From Octopus sinensis (lineage: Eukaryota), in the NCBI RefSeq assembly GCF_006345805.1, contig NW_021824034.1:1-19875 (forward strand): 19,875 nt of DNA, in the 5' to 3' direction. The notes under the pieces are model-generated. The model worked only from the letters and a program-made list of their open reading frames with translations, did no database searches and was not told where the DNA came from. Each line of letters starts with the position of its first letter. Positions within the stretch are counted from its first letter, which is position 1. Of the stretch, positions 1-10,109 are shown piece by piece. Position numbers and translations under genes: made by a program.

Positions 1-231
1 AGGCGCTATATTTATGATGCTGACCAGAACGAACTGTAATGGATTCAAACGTATAATTGCATAATATATCCAAATATTTCTCACGCTCTTTCTCAATGTT
101 TCTTTCTCTCTCTCTCTCCCATTCTTCCTCGCTGACTCAACACACACACACACACACACACATAAAGAATCAGTGAGCACATGGGACGATGTAATCGACT
201 TATTCCGCACCTGTAGATTGCTAGCCATCAG

Positions 232-378
232 TATATATGTATGTATATATATATGTATGTATATATGTATGTATGTATATATAATATATATACATATATG
301 CATGTATATATAAAATTACATTATATATATATATTATGCATATGTGTATATATATATATATATTATATATATATTATA

Positions 379-430
<52 letters not shown>
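232..430. repeat. (TA)n/(TATG)n microsatellite tract
   Basis: Visible TA-rich tandem repeats; source of the spurious YI-rich ORFs. Confidence 0.95.
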
Positions 431-432
<2 letters not shown>

Positions 433-1228
433 AATATGATAAATAAAATATATGCATACATATATGTACGTACCCACATCTACATGTATATATACATGCA
501 TATATAAATATATATACGTGAGTACAGGACACCACAAATAGACGTAGAACTCAACGAGAAACGAAAACGTAAAAACAAACAAGGAAACGGACCTTTTTTA
601 ACAACGAAAAAAAAAACAGAGTACAAGACAAACTACACAAGAAAAACTCCCCTTCATCAGCTGTCCCTAGTTCGACTCCATGCGTGTTTCGAAGGTGAAG
701 ACAGAACATGACTCGTCGAACTAGTCCTTCCTGCGAAAGAATTAAATAAATTCCTTTGCAGAGTGGTAAAAACAAGGAAAGAAAAAAAATGTGACAAAAA
801 CAGAACGTAAAATCAATACAAATAAAAACAAATACAAAAAATACAAATACAAAAAATACAGTACAAGAAGGAATAAAAACAGGAAAACAAACAATGAGGG
901 CCTTTAAGCCTAGACGAGGAAAAATTCACGAGCGCAGGAAAAAACATGTTTACTTGTTGGAGGCCGCGAGCGAAAGGAAGTTCGTCGACCCGGCTGTGAG
1001 AGAGATGAGGAGGAGTGAGAGAGAGAGGAGAGAGAGAGAGAGAGCGGAAGGAAACCAGAGAGGGTGAAAAAAAGAGAAGGAGAGAAACAAAAGAGAGGAA
1101 GAGAGACAGGAAGGAAGGGAAGGTCAAGCAAAGGGCTGTAGAGTTTCGCGTCATAATTATATATAAAAAACTTACTGGGAGAACAGAAAGGAAGCAAAAC
1201 GAAACGACGCGAGGGCGCTCAGTCATGC
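431..1228 (-). repeat. Left arm of large inverted duplication; on the minus strand reads segment B (~1228-1157) then segment A (1149-431)
   Basis: 431-1149 is the reverse complement of 1227-1931 (e.g. TAATATGATA 432-441 vs TATCATATTA 1921-1930; AGAGTTTCGC 1140-1149 vs GCGAAACTCT 1227-1236). ~1157-1228 is the reverse complement of ~1933-2003. The arms differ by scattered substitutions and indels. Confidence 0.95.
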
Positions 1229-2003
1229 GAAACTCTGTAACCCTTTGCTTGATCTTCCCTTCCTTCCTGTCTGTCTTTCTCTCTTTTGTTTCTCTCCTTC
1301 TCTTTTTTCACCCTCTCTGGTTTCCTTCCTCTCTATCTCTCTCTCTCTCTCACTCCTCCTCATCTCTCTCACAGCCGGGTCGACGAACTTCCTTTCGCTC
1401 GCGGCCTCCAACAAGTAAACATGTTTTCTCCTGCGCTCGAGAATTTGTCCTCGTCTAGGCTTAAAGGCCCTCATTGTTTGTTTTCCTGTTTTTATTCCTT
1501 CTTGTACTGTATTTTTTGTATTTGTTTTTATTTGTATTGATTTTACGTCCTGTTTTTGTCACATTTTTTTTCTTTCCTTGTTTTTACCCCTCTGCAAAGA
1601 AATTTTATTTAATTCTTTCGTAGGAAGGACTAGTTCGAAGAGTCGTGTTCTGTCCCCACCTTCGAAACAATAATGGAGTCGAACTAGGGACAGCTGATGA
1701 AGGGAAATTTTCCTTGTGTAGTTTGTCTTGTACTCTGTTTTTTTTTCGTTGTTAAAAAAAGGTCCGTTTCCTTGTTTGTTTTTACGTTTTCGTTTCTCGT
1801 TGAGTTCTACGTCTATTTGTGGTGTCCTGTACTCACGTATATATATTTATATACGCATGTATATATACATGTAGATGTAGGTACGTACATATATGTATGT
1901 ATGTGTGCATATATTTTATTTATCATATTATTGCATGACTGAGCGCACTCGCGTTGTTTCGTTTCGTTCCTTTCGTTTTCCCAGTAAATTTTTGATTATA
2001 TAT
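1227..2003 (+). mobile_element. Right arm (A then B); putative non-autonomous Penelope-like/retrozyme-like unit, non-coding
   Basis: The duplication is seen directly. The PLE-like identity is inferred from the CTGATGA-A-G and CGAAAC motifs, the inverted/permuted arrangement and the flanking (TA)n tracts. No RT or GIY-YIG coding sequence is visible. Confidence 0.4.
1643..1703 (+). ncRNA. Hammerhead-ribozyme-core-like motif (non-canonical order, possibly decayed)
   Basis: CTGATGA at 1694-1700 followed by AG. GGGACAG (1687-1693) is complementary to CTGTCCC (1650-1656), which is preceded by GTT. CCTTC-GAAAC at 1659-1668. A mirror copy lies on the minus strand at ~651-710. Confidence 0.3.
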
Positions 2004-2004
2004 G

Positions 2005-2061
<57 letters not shown>

Positions 2062-2085
2062 TATATATATATTATATATAAAATA
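2004..2085. repeat. (TA)n microsatellite
   Basis: Visible tandem TA. Confidence 0.95.
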
Positions 2086-2558
2086 TACATGCATGCACAC
2101 GCGCACACAAATATCAGGCGAACGAGTGTCAGAGATAGAGATAAATCGAAGAAGAGGCAGTTAGATGTTATCTTACACTAAACTTAAGTGTCTGGAGTTC
2201 AATTCCCATTGGATGCGAAGCTAATTACAAATAATAATGATGAGGTAAAATGCATAGAAAAAAATACCGTAACAAATGAAAAAATAGTCTTTATGAATGA
2301 GAGTAATCAAACATGGCAATTAACATTTTCCAGTACAGTTCCCCCGTGCTCATATATATCTCTATGTCCTGCGTATATATATTTATATATGTATTTATCT
2401 ATACATACATATATGTACACAGGAACACTCATACACACACACACACACACGCACACACATATAGACACACTTATATATTTATGTCCTTGCGTTTATATAT
2501 GGATGTGTACATAACGACAACTCAAATAGAAAGCAACTTTCTCGGGAGAAGGAAAGTT

Positions 2559-2559
2559 A

Positions 2560-2632
<73 letters not shown>

Positions 2633-2666
2633 TGATGATGATGATGAGGAGGAGGAGGAGGAGGCG
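2559..2666. repeat. Compound (AAT)n-(GAT)n-(GAG)n microsatellite
   Basis: AAT to 2630, GAT 2631-2645, GAG 2646-2663. Confidence 0.97.
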
Positions 2667-2788
2667 GATTAAGATGATGATAACGATAAACAGAATGTGG
2701 ATGCGTACTAGGAGTATAAAACACCATCTTTCAGTGACCGACTTAATAATAAAATCAAATAAAACGATATATAAATACAGATACACAT

Positions 2789-2934
2789 GGTGGTAAGTAG
2801 CTTGCTTGCCAACCATATGGTTCCAGGTTCATTCCCACTGCGTGGCACCTAGTATTACTGTCTTCTACTATAGTTCGGGCCGACCTAAGCATTGTGAGTT
2901 GATTTAGTAAACGGAAACTGAAAGAAGCCCGTCG

Positions 2935-2972
<38 letters not shown>

Positions 2973-3220
2973 CGTGCGTGTGTGTGTGAGTGTCTCTGTG
3001 TGTGTGTGTGTGTGTGAGTTTGTGTGTGCGTGTGTGTGTGTATGTGTGTGTGTGTTTGTGAGTCTGTTTCACAACCGATGGTGGTGTGTTTACGTCCCGG
3101 TAATCTAGCAGTTCGGAAAAAGAACCTGCTGGAATAAGTACTAGGCTTACAAAGAATAAGTCCTGGGGTCGATTTTTTCGACTAAAGGCGGTGCTCCAGC
3201 CTGACCGCAGTCAAATGACT
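2789..3220 (+). mobile_element. tRNA-headed SINE family F1 with internal (TA)/(TG) microsatellite
   Basis: Head TGGTAAGTAGCTTGCTTGCCAACCATATGGTTCCAGGTTCATTCCC (B-box-like); body GGAAACTGAAAGAAGCCCGTCG; 3' GGCGGTGCTCCAGC..GCAGTCAAATGACT. Homologous to 3221-3570, 13075-13392, 16081-16318 and 18107-18428. Confidence 0.85.
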
Positions 3221-3570
3221 ACATGGTTCCGCTTTCAGTCCCACTGCGTGGCACCTAGAATTAGTGTCTTCTACTGTAGCTTGTGGCCGACCAAAACCTT
3301 TTGAGTGTAATTAGTAGACGGAAACTGAAAGAAGCCCGTCGTATCTATGTATATATCTTTGTGTCGCTGTGTTTGCCCCACCACCATCGTTTGACATTAT
3401 AACGTTGCTGGTGTGTTTACGTCCCTATAAATTAGTGTTTCGGCAAAAGGGACAGCTAGAATAAATACTAGGCTTATAAAAGAATAAGTCCTGAGGTCGA
3501 CTTGTTCGACTAAAAACGGTGCTCCAGCATGGCCGCAGTCAAATTACTGAAACAATTTGAAGAGCAAAAG
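3221..3570 (+). mobile_element. SINE F1, second head-to-tail copy (5'-truncated)
   Basis: Starts ACATGGTTCCG immediately after the previous copy and is colinear with it through CAGCATGGCCGCAGTCAAATTACTGAAAC. Confidence 0.85.
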
Positions 3571-3872
3571 TATATACATACATATATATATATTTAGACA
3601 CGCACATAGCCACGCATTCACTCATATATGAAGAGAAGGCAAGAGACAGGAACGGTACGAGTTCTAGAGTGGGATATATTTACTGGAACAATTTGATACG
3701 TTGTTTCCGCCGTTGTTGCCGTCATTGTTACTCGTCCTGCTTCGTTTCCTTAAGTTTTCCCTGACTGAGCAGACCTATTATCAAAGATTTTTTCCCATAT
3801 GACAACCTCAGAAAAATCAGGTAATATTGCAGTGCTCAAATGGTTATTTTCCAAGAAGTGATTTGAGGCAAA

Positions 3873-3959
<87 letters not shown>
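3873..3959. repeat. (GATA)n microsatellite
   Basis: Pure ATAG tandem array. Confidence 0.98.
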
Positions 3960-3960
<1 letters not shown>

Positions 3961-4077
3961 GTGCGTACGTACATACATCCTTACATGCATGCGTATGTGT
4001 TGTATGTGTGTATCTATGTGTGTGTTGGAACTTCTTTGTTATATAATTTTACCTGTACACAATTCAACGAACTCTAA

Positions 4078-4161
4078 GATATATATATATATATATATGT
4101 GTGTGTATATAGATATATATATATATATATTGTATGTATATATGCATACATATATACAACA

Positions 4162-4196
<35 letters not shown>

Positions 4197-4200
4197 ATAT

Positions 4201-4244
<44 letters not shown>

Positions 4245-4328
4245 CCAGAGGTGAAGATAGAGAGAGTGAGAGAGCAGAAAGACAAACAGATTTTTAATAG
4301 TCCATTCCTCCTATATATATATTATATA

Positions 4329-4359
<31 letters not shown>

Positions 4360-4360
4360 A
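4078..4360. repeat. (TA)n/(CA)n-rich microsatellite cluster
   Basis: Several TA and CA runs with short interruptions. Confidence 0.9.
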
Positions 4361-4923
4361 ACGTCTCTCAGTATATGCTTTTTCTACCAGGCTTATGGAA
4401 CAATTATATTTTTTTCTCACTGGCTCGTTAAAACATGGTAATGTAAAATCTGATAGGAACGTTAAGAAATTGTATAAAGGAATAAAGGAACGACGGAATG
4501 AAGGAATTCGGAACAATCAATGAAAAGATTGAAGCACAGGAAGAACTGAAATATATATACTGGACTCTGCAGTTTGTCTTCTAAGAAACAAAATAAAAGA
4601 GAAAGTATATAACGGCAACAAGAAGAGAAGGGAAGAATAAACGACAGCAAAATGCGACCATATGAAATGGCACCGAACAGTGCCAGATGGTAGCAGCAAT
4701 GGGAAGAAAGCAATGTGCAACAACAGCAGTAGCATCTTGCAGCAGGAATAAGAATTACCGATTAGGTTCTTGTGTCCGTCTTCTTATATTTATTATGTGC
4801 GTGTATATATATGAGTTCATTTGATCTGTGTTGGTAAGTGCAGTTATGAGTGTGCAAGCGTGTCTACGTATCTGTGTGTGTGTGTACAAATCTTTCTGTG
4901 AACCAGTGTGTATGTCACTGAGA

Positions 4924-4974
<51 letters not shown>

Positions 4975-5072
4975 ATATATATACACCCGCACACACGTGT
5001 TTATATATAGATATGTGTGTGTGAGTGTGTGTATATCTGTATTTTACATACATGTATATATATTATTAGATG

Positions 5073-5104
<32 letters not shown>

Positions 5105-5394
5105 ATTTTATGTATACACGCATCTACACACACACACACATACACACTCCACATATATCAGCAAGTTATAGCAGCAGCTGCAGCACTGTCAGCAGTTCAA
5201 GCAACAAAACCAATAACAACGAGAATATCGAAATAACAAGGAAACCACTAGACATAGCAGTTAAATCTTCCTCATTACACGACACATATTGTTATTGTCC
5301 TGGATACGAGACCTCAAATATTAGAGGAAACGTAAGTATAGCTTCACCACCACCACCTCCACCACCTGAAGTCCCTATATAATCTCTGGATCTG

Positions 5395-5585
5395 CGAGAA
5401 ATAGCCGCCAAATCACCCTCAAATCACCTTGAATTTTTATTACAATTTACTGCGTAAATATAGGGATTTATTCTATGATGTGTTCCTCGGTTCTGTGCTC
5501 TTGGGAAAGGATGGGATGCTTAACACTCGAATTTTTCTGATCATACAATTGCTCGATAAGAGCTGACCTAGGGCTAAACAAAAAC
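5395..5585 (-). mobile_element. Old interspersed repeat family F4 (class unknown)
   Basis: AGAAATAGCCGCCAAATC and CTGACCTAGGGCTAAACA are reverse complements of motifs at 6428-6612 and 8630-8820. Confidence 0.55.
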
Positions 5586-5713
5586 GACAGCAGTTACATG
5601 ATCCCTACTTTCTCAAATTATCCAGGGCCTCCACACTGGTGATTCTCGACTATTTTTTGCCTATGGAATTCTTTGCTCCTATTTTATTCTCCTGGACCAC
5701 CATAGCAATTCTT

Positions 5714-5714
<1 letters not shown>

Positions 5715-5787
<73 letters not shown>
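5715..5787. repeat. (TA)n microsatellite
   Basis: Pure TA run. Confidence 0.98.
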
Positions 5788-5791
<4 letters not shown>

Positions 5792-6427
5792 AAAATCTAG
5801 CTGTATTTTTATTGTTAAATAACGTTAGGAATTGTATAAAGGCAATTAAAATATTTTGTTTATTTCAGAAATATAACCAATTCAATGCACATAAATTTTA
5901 ACAACGAAATGTTATATGACCCCCGAAGGGCCATATGAAACCCGGTCGAAAAATCACTGATAAATGCCTCCCCCACTTTCTTGCAGAAATTTTGACCAAA
6001 TTCTTACCATTTATACCCCAATTTCTTAAAAAGACTAGAAAACGGAGAACTATTCACAAAAGTAGTTCTCAATGTACAAAATGATGGAATGGTCATGGCT
6101 GGAATGTTTTTAGAAATAAGTCTGCAATTGTACTGGTAAAATCACTAGAGCATTGGTCACCACGCATCTAATTTTTTTCAGCTCATTATGTGGTGAGTTC
6201 AAACTCTGGCGCACTCTATTTAGGTAAAAACCTAAATCTTTTTTCCTGTTTAACATCTCCATATGACCCTTGGTTGCCCTTAGCGGTGTCCAGTATGTTG
6301 GAAACATTCGGGACCAAGGCTTCGGTTTGGGGATAACTCATTTCTCACAATGGCGCAATTCAAAATCATTTCTTTTCATCAGGTCAAAATATAATGCCTG
6401 CCATCTTGACTCGATGTGTTCATGATG

Positions 6428-6612
6428 TTGTTAAGTCCTAGGTCTGTCTTGACCAGGCAAACCTGTGATCAGAGGTAATAAAACTGTGACCACATATCCT
6501 TTGTTTCATGTGCTAGTAACTCTGGAACAGATTTTTTTCCAACGTGTACTTTTATATTCTTAACATTGCAGAGTTTGACCTGAGGGATATTTAGCTGCTA
6601 CGTCTCGCAACT
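6428..6612 (+). mobile_element. Old interspersed repeat family F4
   Basis: TGTTAAGTCCTAGGTC...CAAACCTGTGATCAGAGG...GATATTTAGCTGCTAC; same motif order as 8630-8820. Smaller pieces lie near 3762-3810, 8935-9015 and 9200-9262. Confidence 0.55.
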
Positions 6613-7242
6613 CAAGCAACCACTAAATGCTGTCATATTTTGGCTCTCACGAATCATTTTAGTTTCGACTGGAACACTGCACAGCGCGTAACTCGGTTAG
6701 ATACAGATACGGCCCTTGTCTCATAACTGACCTGATTTTAATTTCTAAGTTTAAACCAAGCTGAGGAAAAATTTGCATTTGATAAAAAAAAATTACTATT
6801 TCAAGTACATGGACTGACGACACATTTGCTAATGCTTTCAAAATACTTAAATATATTTTTTGCTGTTCTTTACGTTCTCAGTTCAGGCATTTGTGACGAA
6901 GACTCTCAGAAAATACCCCAAAACTGGCAACTAAGTTCTAACTTTGCATTTTCCCATGAAATTTATACATGGGCATACGGCTTCTCAAAAAAATTTGTGG
7001 GATCTTTCGGTACTGAAAGAAAGTAAGAAAATGAGGGAAATGTAGCTGCTAATTCTCGTAGGTTGATTTGTATTATGCGGTTTTACTTTTACAAAGATTT
7101 GGGAGTTGAGTATGTGTCGGTTCGATAAGAATAAATTCCGGGGAGTTAAAGAAGGTATGCAGTTCGCAGTTTTCTATTTTCCCTCATCTTTGAACATCTA
7201 AAGTTCCTTTTTTACATAATCCATCTTCTCCGCCTAATAATA

Positions 7243-7467
7243 CTAGGAGGGCCCTCCTGGGCTCCTCTTCCATATGGTCCTATCAGAGGCAACCCTTGTT
7301 ACACTTTCTGGCTTGTTTCCCAACAATGACCAACAGAAACTATGAATACTATCCAACCGTGTACTTCTTCATCTACTCCTGGGTTTCCTGCCGGGTGGCT
7401 TGCTTTGAGGAATCCGTTTTGCTATGCTTTTCTACGACATTCTAAGGATATGTCTGTAGTACCGAAA
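7243..7467 (-). pseudogene. Decayed RTE-clade LINE ORF C-terminal fragment
   Basis: One minus frame reads FRYYRHILRMS*KSIAKRIPQSKPPGRKPRSR*RSTRLDSIHSFCWSLLGNKPESVTRVASDRTIWKRSPGGPS*. This matches the RTE post-RT motif pattern (LRW/YxGHxxRM...GxRPRGRPRxRWxD...AxDRxxW). Two internal stops. Homology may extend to ~7700. Confidence 0.75.
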
Positions 7468-7853
7468 ATTTACTGATAGCTAAGATGATTTGTTGAACGA
7501 CAGGTCAACCCTTGGATCAAAGACACGTCAAATGTATCTAACTTGATGCTCTTAAGGTTGTGAGATTATTACGTAGGACGGCATTAACTAATAAGTGAGC
7601 TGTCTCCTTTTTAATCTACAAGGGTTTTGATATGAGAGAAATTTAGACGCTCTCTCTAGCATGTCTGGAGAGTCCGCAGATTCTCTTTCGAATGTGTTAG
7701 GTATGTTTGCATCAGGGGTACGAAATTAGGAATTAATATCAACGGCTTTATATCGGTGATGATGGTAATATGACAGTTGGTTGTAGTAATGTTCGCAGAA
7801 TTAATGTTGATTTTAAGACTAGTGCTGGTGTTATTGCTTAGATTAGCGATGAT

Positions 7854-8366
7854 CTTCTTCTTCTTCTTCTTCTCTTCTTCTTCTTCTTCTTCTTCTTCTT
7901 CTTCTTCTAATCAGGACTCACGCCATTAGCCACAAACAATAATCTCTAATTCGAGCCTACTCTCAGCTACTATGAATGCGTGTGGCAACTTGAAGATTTA
8001 CCCACCACACACGATCGACTGGCGGTTGCACTGGCGCGGAAGCTACGTTGTTATCCTCATTCCGTAAACAGTGGGTTTTTTAACGGGTGGAGAGCTGACC
8101 CATCCTGGTGTACAAAGGATTCGCAATCTAGACTAGGGTCTGAAAGTTTACCACACCATAGTGGGTTAACCATGGAAAGAAAGAGTGAGAGAAAGTTGTA
8201 GTGAAAGAGTACAGCAGGGTTCACCACCACCATCACCCCGCCAGAGCCTCGTGGAGCTTAGGTGTTTTTGCTCAATAAACACACACAATGCCCGATCTGG
8301 GAATCGAAACTGCGTTCTTACGACCGAGAGTCCGCTGCCCTAACCACTGGGCCATTGCGTCTCCAC
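7854..8366 (-). mobile_element. tRNA-headed SINE family F3 with (AAG)n tail
   Basis: Minus-strand head GTGGAGACGCAATGGCCCAGTGGTTAGGGCAGCGGACTC..GTTTCGATTCCC (A-box TGGCCCAGTGG, B-box-like). Colinear with 13657-14227. Flanked by the near-TSD TAGCGATGAT/TAGTGACGAT. Confidence 0.85.
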
Positions 8367-8629
8367 TAGTGACGATGTTGGCGGGTATTGTTGGTATTAG
8401 TGGATATTAATCGTTATTTCAATGTGGCTGCCGATTGCCGTGCGGTGCCGTTGAGTGTAAGTATTAGTAAGGGCATTGTTGCGGTTAACGGTGCTGGCAT
8501 GTTTATTATGTTGGTTGTTAGTGTTGGTGAAGGTGCTAATACCGTTGCTGTTGATGTTATCAATGTTTGTGTTACAATTTTTCCTGTTGTTTTTAGTATT
8601 GTTGCTTAGGGTTGGCAATGTCCAGGCTA

Positions 8630-8820
8630 TTATTTAACCCCAGTAGTGCAGCCTTGATAGAACAGATCAATTATGAAAGGCGTCCTACTCGTGACAATCC
8701 TGCCTTTCGTTTAGCCATAATAGGATATATTAAACCACATTATCCAATGTCTCTTTTTATCTTTCTAATATATTCTACAATGCAATATTAGAGAGATTTA
8801 GCTGCTATCTTTAGCAGATG
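8630..8820 (+). mobile_element. Old interspersed repeat family F4
   Basis: TATTTAACCCCAG...CAGATCAATTATGAAAGG...TTATCCAATGT...GAGATTTAGCTGCTATCT. Confidence 0.55.
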
Positions 8821-9658
8821 GTGTTAACACATGGAGGATCTCTCAAGTGTTATCGTTGTCCATGGTTTCGTTTAGATTCATGACAGCTTTATAGCGAAGA
8901 TTTATGTCTAGTCGTAACACAGGATATACAGAAGAATGACAACCAATGTGGCCTTTTTATATCATTATGGAGGGTAGAATGTAATTTAACGGAGAACTGA
9001 CTGTTATTTCTAACTGTGAGGGCGGCCGCCGAAATGCTCATTCCCATGTTATTTTTTACTAATTTCACTGGATGAGGAAACATAAATAGTCACTAAAAAT
9101 GCTATAAATATCCTTGAAAACACACCTTACAATCTTGTAAAAAAGCAACAAAAAATAACGTAAGTTTACACTAGATAACGTAGTCCTATTTCTTGACAAT
9201 AAGAGATGGGATGGTCACGCTGGAACGCCTTACATACGCATCTCCTTGATTACAGCTGAGCTATAGATAAACGACAAACACAGCAGCAGTAGCAGCGCCA
9301 GAAATAAAAATAACAAAAATATTATGTATTTCAGGTGAGTGATATAATAACAGCGAAAGCGAAATCACAGGCCGTTTAAAGGCGGAAGACGCTACTGCAG
9401 TGGCTGTGGCAGTTCTTAGCATGAACAGCACCGAAGAAGCACCGGCAACAGCAGTAATATAAAGGCAGCAGCTACAGTAGATGTCACATTTGTGGCAGTG
9501 GTATTATGCAGTGGCATTTGCAGCAGTACTTGGCAGCGAAAGCTAAGTTTCACACTATAGAGAAAACGAGATCAGCAAAACGTCCAAAAGATATGTAAAG
9601 ACGTTAGAAAAATCGAAAAACTAAAGCGCATATATTAACAAAGGAATCTTAATGCGTG

Positions 9659-9660
9659 AT

Positions 9661-9695
<35 letters not shown>

Positions 9696-9898
9696 GTTTC
9701 TTTATTGGCCACACAGGGCTGCACACAGATGGGACAAGTTACAAGGTAGAGCTTTTCTTTTGGGGGAGAAAAAAAGGTGGCGTAGGTTTACCATCAAAAC
9801 GGATCGTAAAAGGTAAAAGATAGATAGATAAATAGATAGATAGATAGATAGATAGATATATAGATATATAGATAGATATATAGATAGATAGATAGATA
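9659..9898. repeat. (GATA)n array interrupted by a 124-bp insert
   Basis: GATA runs at 9659-9694 and 9819-9898. Confidence 0.95.
9695..9818 (-). mobile_element. Probable 3' tip of a non-LTR retroelement
   Basis: Reverse complement of 9697-9737 matches the SINE F2 tail at 11810-11850 at 34/41 positions and ends in AATAAAGAAA. The upstream part differs from the SINE. Confidence 0.55.
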
Positions 9899-10061
9899 GT
9901 TATTTGTATGTTGCTGTGAATTCAAAGTGAGATATCAGCTAAATTATTATTGGTAATTTGTAGTCTATCTCTCACTTGAAGTTTGCAGTTATGTATCTCA
10001 GCGATCAGAGTTCAAATCGATTTAGAGCCGATATCAGCTTTTCATTATTACAAGACTGAGA

Positions 10062-10062
10062 A

Positions 10063-10109
<47 letters not shown>

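Noticed and set aside
241-582. YI/IY-rich, poly-N, poly-I/M/L and HT-rich ORFs throughout the ORF track
   Set aside because: They are direct translations of (TA)n, (AAT)n, (ATC)n and (CA)n microsatellites.
1015-1458. 147-aa ORF crossing the centre of the inverted repeat
   Set aside because: GA/CT-rich low complexity spanning the inversion junction, with no domain-like content.
431-2003. Inverted repeat as a sequencing fold-back artefact
   Set aside because: The arms differ at many positions (e.g. GAAACACGCAT vs GAAACAATAAT, plus indels) and are permuted, which a read chimera would not produce. Long-read confirmation is still advisable.
4458-4480. Short similarity to 5821-5842 (AACGTTA..TTGTATAAAGG)
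   Set aside because: Only ~22 AT-rich bases with no convincing extension on either side.
5913-5937. Small hairpin ATATGACCC-CCGAA-GGGCCATAT, and the 14-bp palindrome AGGAGGGCCCTCCT at 7245-7258
   Set aside because: Short, single-copy and without supporting context; compatible with chance.
9320-9340. TTTCAG|GTGAGT as a recursive splice site
   Set aside because: The upstream tract is A-rich rather than polypyrimidine, and one such motif in 20 kb is plausible by chance.
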